Shown here: piece after piece, positions 61,576 through 64,000 of the stretch | Layout: the number at the start of each line of letters is the position of its first letter | Position numbering within the stretch: position 1 is the first letter of the stretch | IMG/VR virus record: IMGVR_UViG_3300012007_000007 | Coordinates: 99,434 to 163,433 of that record | Direction: 5' to 3' (one strand) | Length of the DNA stretch: 64,000 bases | From: a virus | Taxonomy: Duplodnaviria > Heunggongvirae > Uroviricota > Caudoviricetes | Notes under the pieces: generated by a model | Seen by the model: the letters and a program-made list of their open reading frames with translations, nothing else | What the model was told of the DNA's origin: nothing | Databases searched by the model: none | Made by a program: the position numbers and the translations under genes

Positions 61576-64000
61576 TTACTTGCACTTCAATGCGTTAACG
61601 AACTCTGTGTCCTTAAATTTTACCCTATTCCTGATACAAAAGGCTGCATTGACATCGGCATTTTGAAGCTTACCATGCAAGGAACATTCCGGATTTCCAC
61701 ATACAAACTTTCGTCCGTCACGGAAATTCACCTTCTTAGTTAGGCACTGTTCCTGGGTCAGTTTTACATCCTTCTTTGCACATTTACCATATCCACATGC
61801 ATGACATGTTTGAGATGTCTTTTTAGCGGATACTTCCTTGTACAGGGTTCCTCGACGAGTTACGATACGTTCGACATCATGCTTTAATAGGGCAAGGTGC
61901 ATAGCGTTCTTGGTATAATGGTCGGACCATTCGCTGTCGCGTCGACGCAAACCTTCCTTAGTCGGTTCACAGTACAATGTAACGATTGAGCCGTTAATAG
62001 AGATTTCCTTTGGAGCATGCCAATCAGTCGTATCCTTGCAATTCGACATGATTTCCTGCTTCGTTACCGTTCGACCAAAGTCAATGACAGCCGTATTGCT
62101 GTTCTTGGAAGCAGTTAACTTGTAACCTTCATTAGGACCCATGTGCCATGTCTTAGAAACCGTTGTATACAGCGTTGTGAACTTCCCGGTCTTCTCCAAT
62201 TCATTGAGGTTAAGATTTTCCATGGAAACAATATCGGCCTTGGAGAATGTCTTGGTGTTGAGCAACTCGCATGACAGGATGAAGGTGCTTTCCGAGCGAA
62301 TCTTTTTGGTCAGTTTAGCGTATTCATCATTCAGTTCAGCCGCAATCTTGGACCGCTTTGCGAAGATTTCCGTCATGGTATCGTGCTTGCGGTCCCACCT
62401 GGCCTGCTCATAGAAATAATGTCGACGATTCGCAATGAGCTGACGGTGGAACTTGCGCCACAGCTTGGTGTGACCGATAATGGCAATCTGCCGGTCCGTA
62501 TAGAAAGGAGTGCCGTCGGCATTGGTCCTGTGGATAAGCCAGGCGAACATGGGGGCACATGGGTCGCTTACCGGAATCCAGTCGTGCTTCGCATCAGTCG
62601 GGGAGCCATCACGCATAGCAATAGACAGCATGGCGATAAAGTTGTAATCACCACTCTCGTATTCGTCTACGAGACGCTTCAGGTCATCCCGGGTCGACAC
62701 AGTTGATGTCGTGGTGAACAGTTTCGTCTCCGAATGGTCCTGATAGTAGGCGTGCACTGCTTCGTGCCAGTCTACCATGTCTGGCCCGATGTCCTTAGCC
62801 TTGATTGTAGTAATGAGGCCAGCGACTGCGATGCCGGCGTCAATGCCTACCGTCTTGGCCAGGTCAATATCCTGGATATGTTCCTTGTCGAGCGAAGGTA
62901 CCTTGCGAGGTACATCGTATGGTATGTTCAGTGTCATCGGAGGAATCCCCGGATGGTGCATATCAGTGCACACCATTTTAGACACATTCACGTCACCATT
63001 GAACACGATAGTGCCTTTCGGACACACTTTCGATAGGGCGAACAGATTTTCGGGGTAATAGTTGGTACCCTTATCCGAATGAGCCCTGATTAGAATGTCA
63101 ACAGTTCCTCCCGGTAAACCGCGGGCAGTCACTTTCCAGTCGAAGTAGGTACTGTCAAGCGTGGAGCCACGGTCGACCACAAGTTCAGGGAGGGTGATGG
63201 GAATGACTTTGTTCGGGTTTGGTACGTTCTCGATTACTGCCTTCTTGAATTCGGAATAGGCATCGAGATAGATTTCGAGCGCCTTGTCAGCTAGCTTTTC
63301 GAATTCGTCAAACGTAATATCGAGTGCTTCACCTTCAACCTTAGTTTTTAGTGTTTTCTTGTTGTCCTTCCCGAACGCCTTCTTCAATTCCGGCATCTCG
63401 CCATTGATTGCTTTCAGTGTCTGCGGACCGCATACAGTCAATACTTTAACTATCTTTCCGTAGTTAAAAACATCCAGGCAACTTTTCTTGGCTACAGACC
63501 GTACAGCAAACGCCCACTTCGTATCGGCATGACCGTTGACTGCCTTGGACAGCATGGAAACTCGCTGAGTATAGCCCTTCATCATGCCGTCGACCTTGGC
63601 ACAGACACATTCATTCCAGTATGTGGCAGGTGTTTCTACCGTGATTCCGGTCTCTTCGGAAATAGCATTGTCAATCATGGAGATGAATTCGGCGCGGTCA
63701 CCGAGTATAGGGGAATTCGGGTTGAACAATTCCCTGGTCGGGCGTGCATTGGGACCGTTTCCGATAGAAGCATTCACCGTATATTCAGTGGTACCGCGAA
63801 TAATAGTATATTTTTTCTCGGCATTCAGGTATTCTTCGGGAATGCCCTCACAGTAGATATCGAACACGGTCATATTCACTGTGCCGTCGTTTGTAATGAC
63901 GGTGAGCTGGTCGAAGAGTCTTTCCTTGATGCGTTCGAATGCAGCCTTGATTGCCTTGTTTGCACCGATAACACAGGATGCCAGACGCTTGGCTCCCCGT
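61576..64000 (-). CDS. cas12: type V CRISPR effector, Cas12/TnpB-like RuvC nuclease (at least 807 aa; 5' end beyond window)
   Basis: RuvC-I TVGIDAGIAVAG, RuvC-II IVSMENLNLNEL, zinc finger CHACGYGKC...CGNPEC, RuvC-III NADVNAAFCIRNR (D-x-NAA-x-N-I class); reading frame stays open to the window edge (no stop upstream of the GTG at 63879); the array starts 10 bp after the stop. Confidence 0.8.
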   Translation of the reverse strand, partial: RGAKRLASCVIGANKAIKAAFERIKERLFDQLTVITNDGTVNMTVFDIYCEGIPEEYLNAEKKYTIIRGTTEYTVNASIGNGPNARPTRELFNPNSPILGDRAEFISMIDNAISEETGITVETPATYWNECVCAKVDGMMKGYTQRVSMLSKAVNGHADTKWAFAVRSVAKKSCLDVFNYGKIVKVLTVCGPQTLKAINGEMPELKKAFGKDNKKTLKTKVEGEALDITFDEFEKLADKALEIYLDAYSEFKKAVIENVPNPNKVIPITLPELVVDRGSTLDSTYFDWKVTARGLPGGTVDILIRAHSDKGTNYYPENLFALSKVCPKGTIVFNGDVNVSKMVCTDMHHPGIPPMTLNIPYDVPRKVPSLDKEHIQDIDLAKTVGIDAGIAVAGLITTIKAKDIGPDMVDWHEAVHAYYQDHSETKLFTTTSTVSTRDDLKRLVDEYESGDYNFIAMLSIAMRDGSPTDAKHDWIPVSDPCAPMFAWLIHRTNADGTPFYTDRQIAIIGHTKLWRKFHRQLIANRRHYFYEQARWDRKHDTMTEIFAKRSKIAAELNDEYAKLTKKIRSESTFILSCELLNTKTFSKADIVSMENLNLNELEKTGKFTTLYTTVSKTWHMGPNEGYKLTASKNSNTAVIDFGRTVTKQEIMSNCKDTTDWHAPKEISINGSIVTLYCEPTKEGLRRRDSEWSDHYTKNAMHLALLKHDVERIVTRRGTLYKEVSAKKTSQTCHACGYGKCAKKDVKLTQEQCLTKKVNFRDGRKFVCGNPECSLHGKLQNADVNAAFCIRNRVKFKDTEFVNALKCK

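Overview
This 64-kb window reads as part of a large tailed-phage (probably jumbo-phage) genome or a closely related mobile element. It is densely coded, has several repeated regulatory motif families, carries a 13-gene tRNA cluster with RNA-repair and tRNA-maturation enzymes, and ends with a CRISPR array and a Cas12-like effector gene. Coordinates for features not taken from the ORF track are approximate (about ±10 nt). The region splits into four parts.

(1) 1-25 kb: about 40 small plus-strand genes, GC around 62%. Almost every gene is its own cassette. Each has a conserved ~45-bp upstream element (CTAACGGG/CTATCGGG-N4-GGATGGGATG-CCCGGGA-N3-5-(T)CCCGGG-TTCCCA, about 37 copies), a conserved ribosome-binding site (Shine-Dalgarno)-containing leader cTATGGAGGaaa, the ORF, and a CCTCCCGGGA-N-TCCCGGGAGG hairpin followed by a T-run that looks like an intrinsic terminator. 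This block includes two paralogous N6-adenine DNA methyltransferases flanking a DUF262(ParB-like)/HNH nuclease, two near-consensus sigma70 promoters, an AT-rich iteron-like island that may be an origin, an FtsK/SpoIIIE-like ATPase, a RadC-like protein and a phage-encoded sigma factor.

(2) 27.3-35.9 kb: plus-strand genes at about 50% GC with a second upstream motif (GTTTAACCGTGCTTCC, 4 copies). Recognisable products are a CX5R dual-specificity phosphatase, an NlpC/P60 hydrolase and an SPFH/band-7 protein.

(3) 36-55 kb: minus-strand genes preceded by a third motif (TTTTTTGCTATATTTG on the minus strand, at least 10 copies, often right after a terminator hairpin). Products include a HAD phosphatase, a CobS-like AAA+ ATPase paired with a CobT-like vWA protein, a CCA-adding tRNA nucleotidyltransferase, a metallophosphoesterase, a SprT-like protease and a T4-Pnk-like polynucleotide kinase.

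(4) 54.9-60.2 kb: a minus-strand tRNA cluster of 11 canonical tRNAs and 2 tRNA-like genes with aberrant anticodon arms. Interspersed are an acyl carrier protein, a SAM-dependent methyltransferase, a NUMOD3-type putative homing endonuclease and a ~650-nt GC-rich non-coding segment with motifs resembling the P3/P4 region of RNase P RNA. Next to it (60.6-61.57 kb) is a CRISPR array of 12 intact 36-bp repeats plus about 3 decayed ones, with 30-bp spacers. Immediately upstream on the minus strand is a type V (Cas12/TnpB-like) effector gene of at least 807 codons whose 5' end runs off the window.

The host cannot be fixed from sequence alone. The sigma70 consensus promoters and GGAGG ribosome-binding sites coexist with TAnnTTTG-like late motifs.
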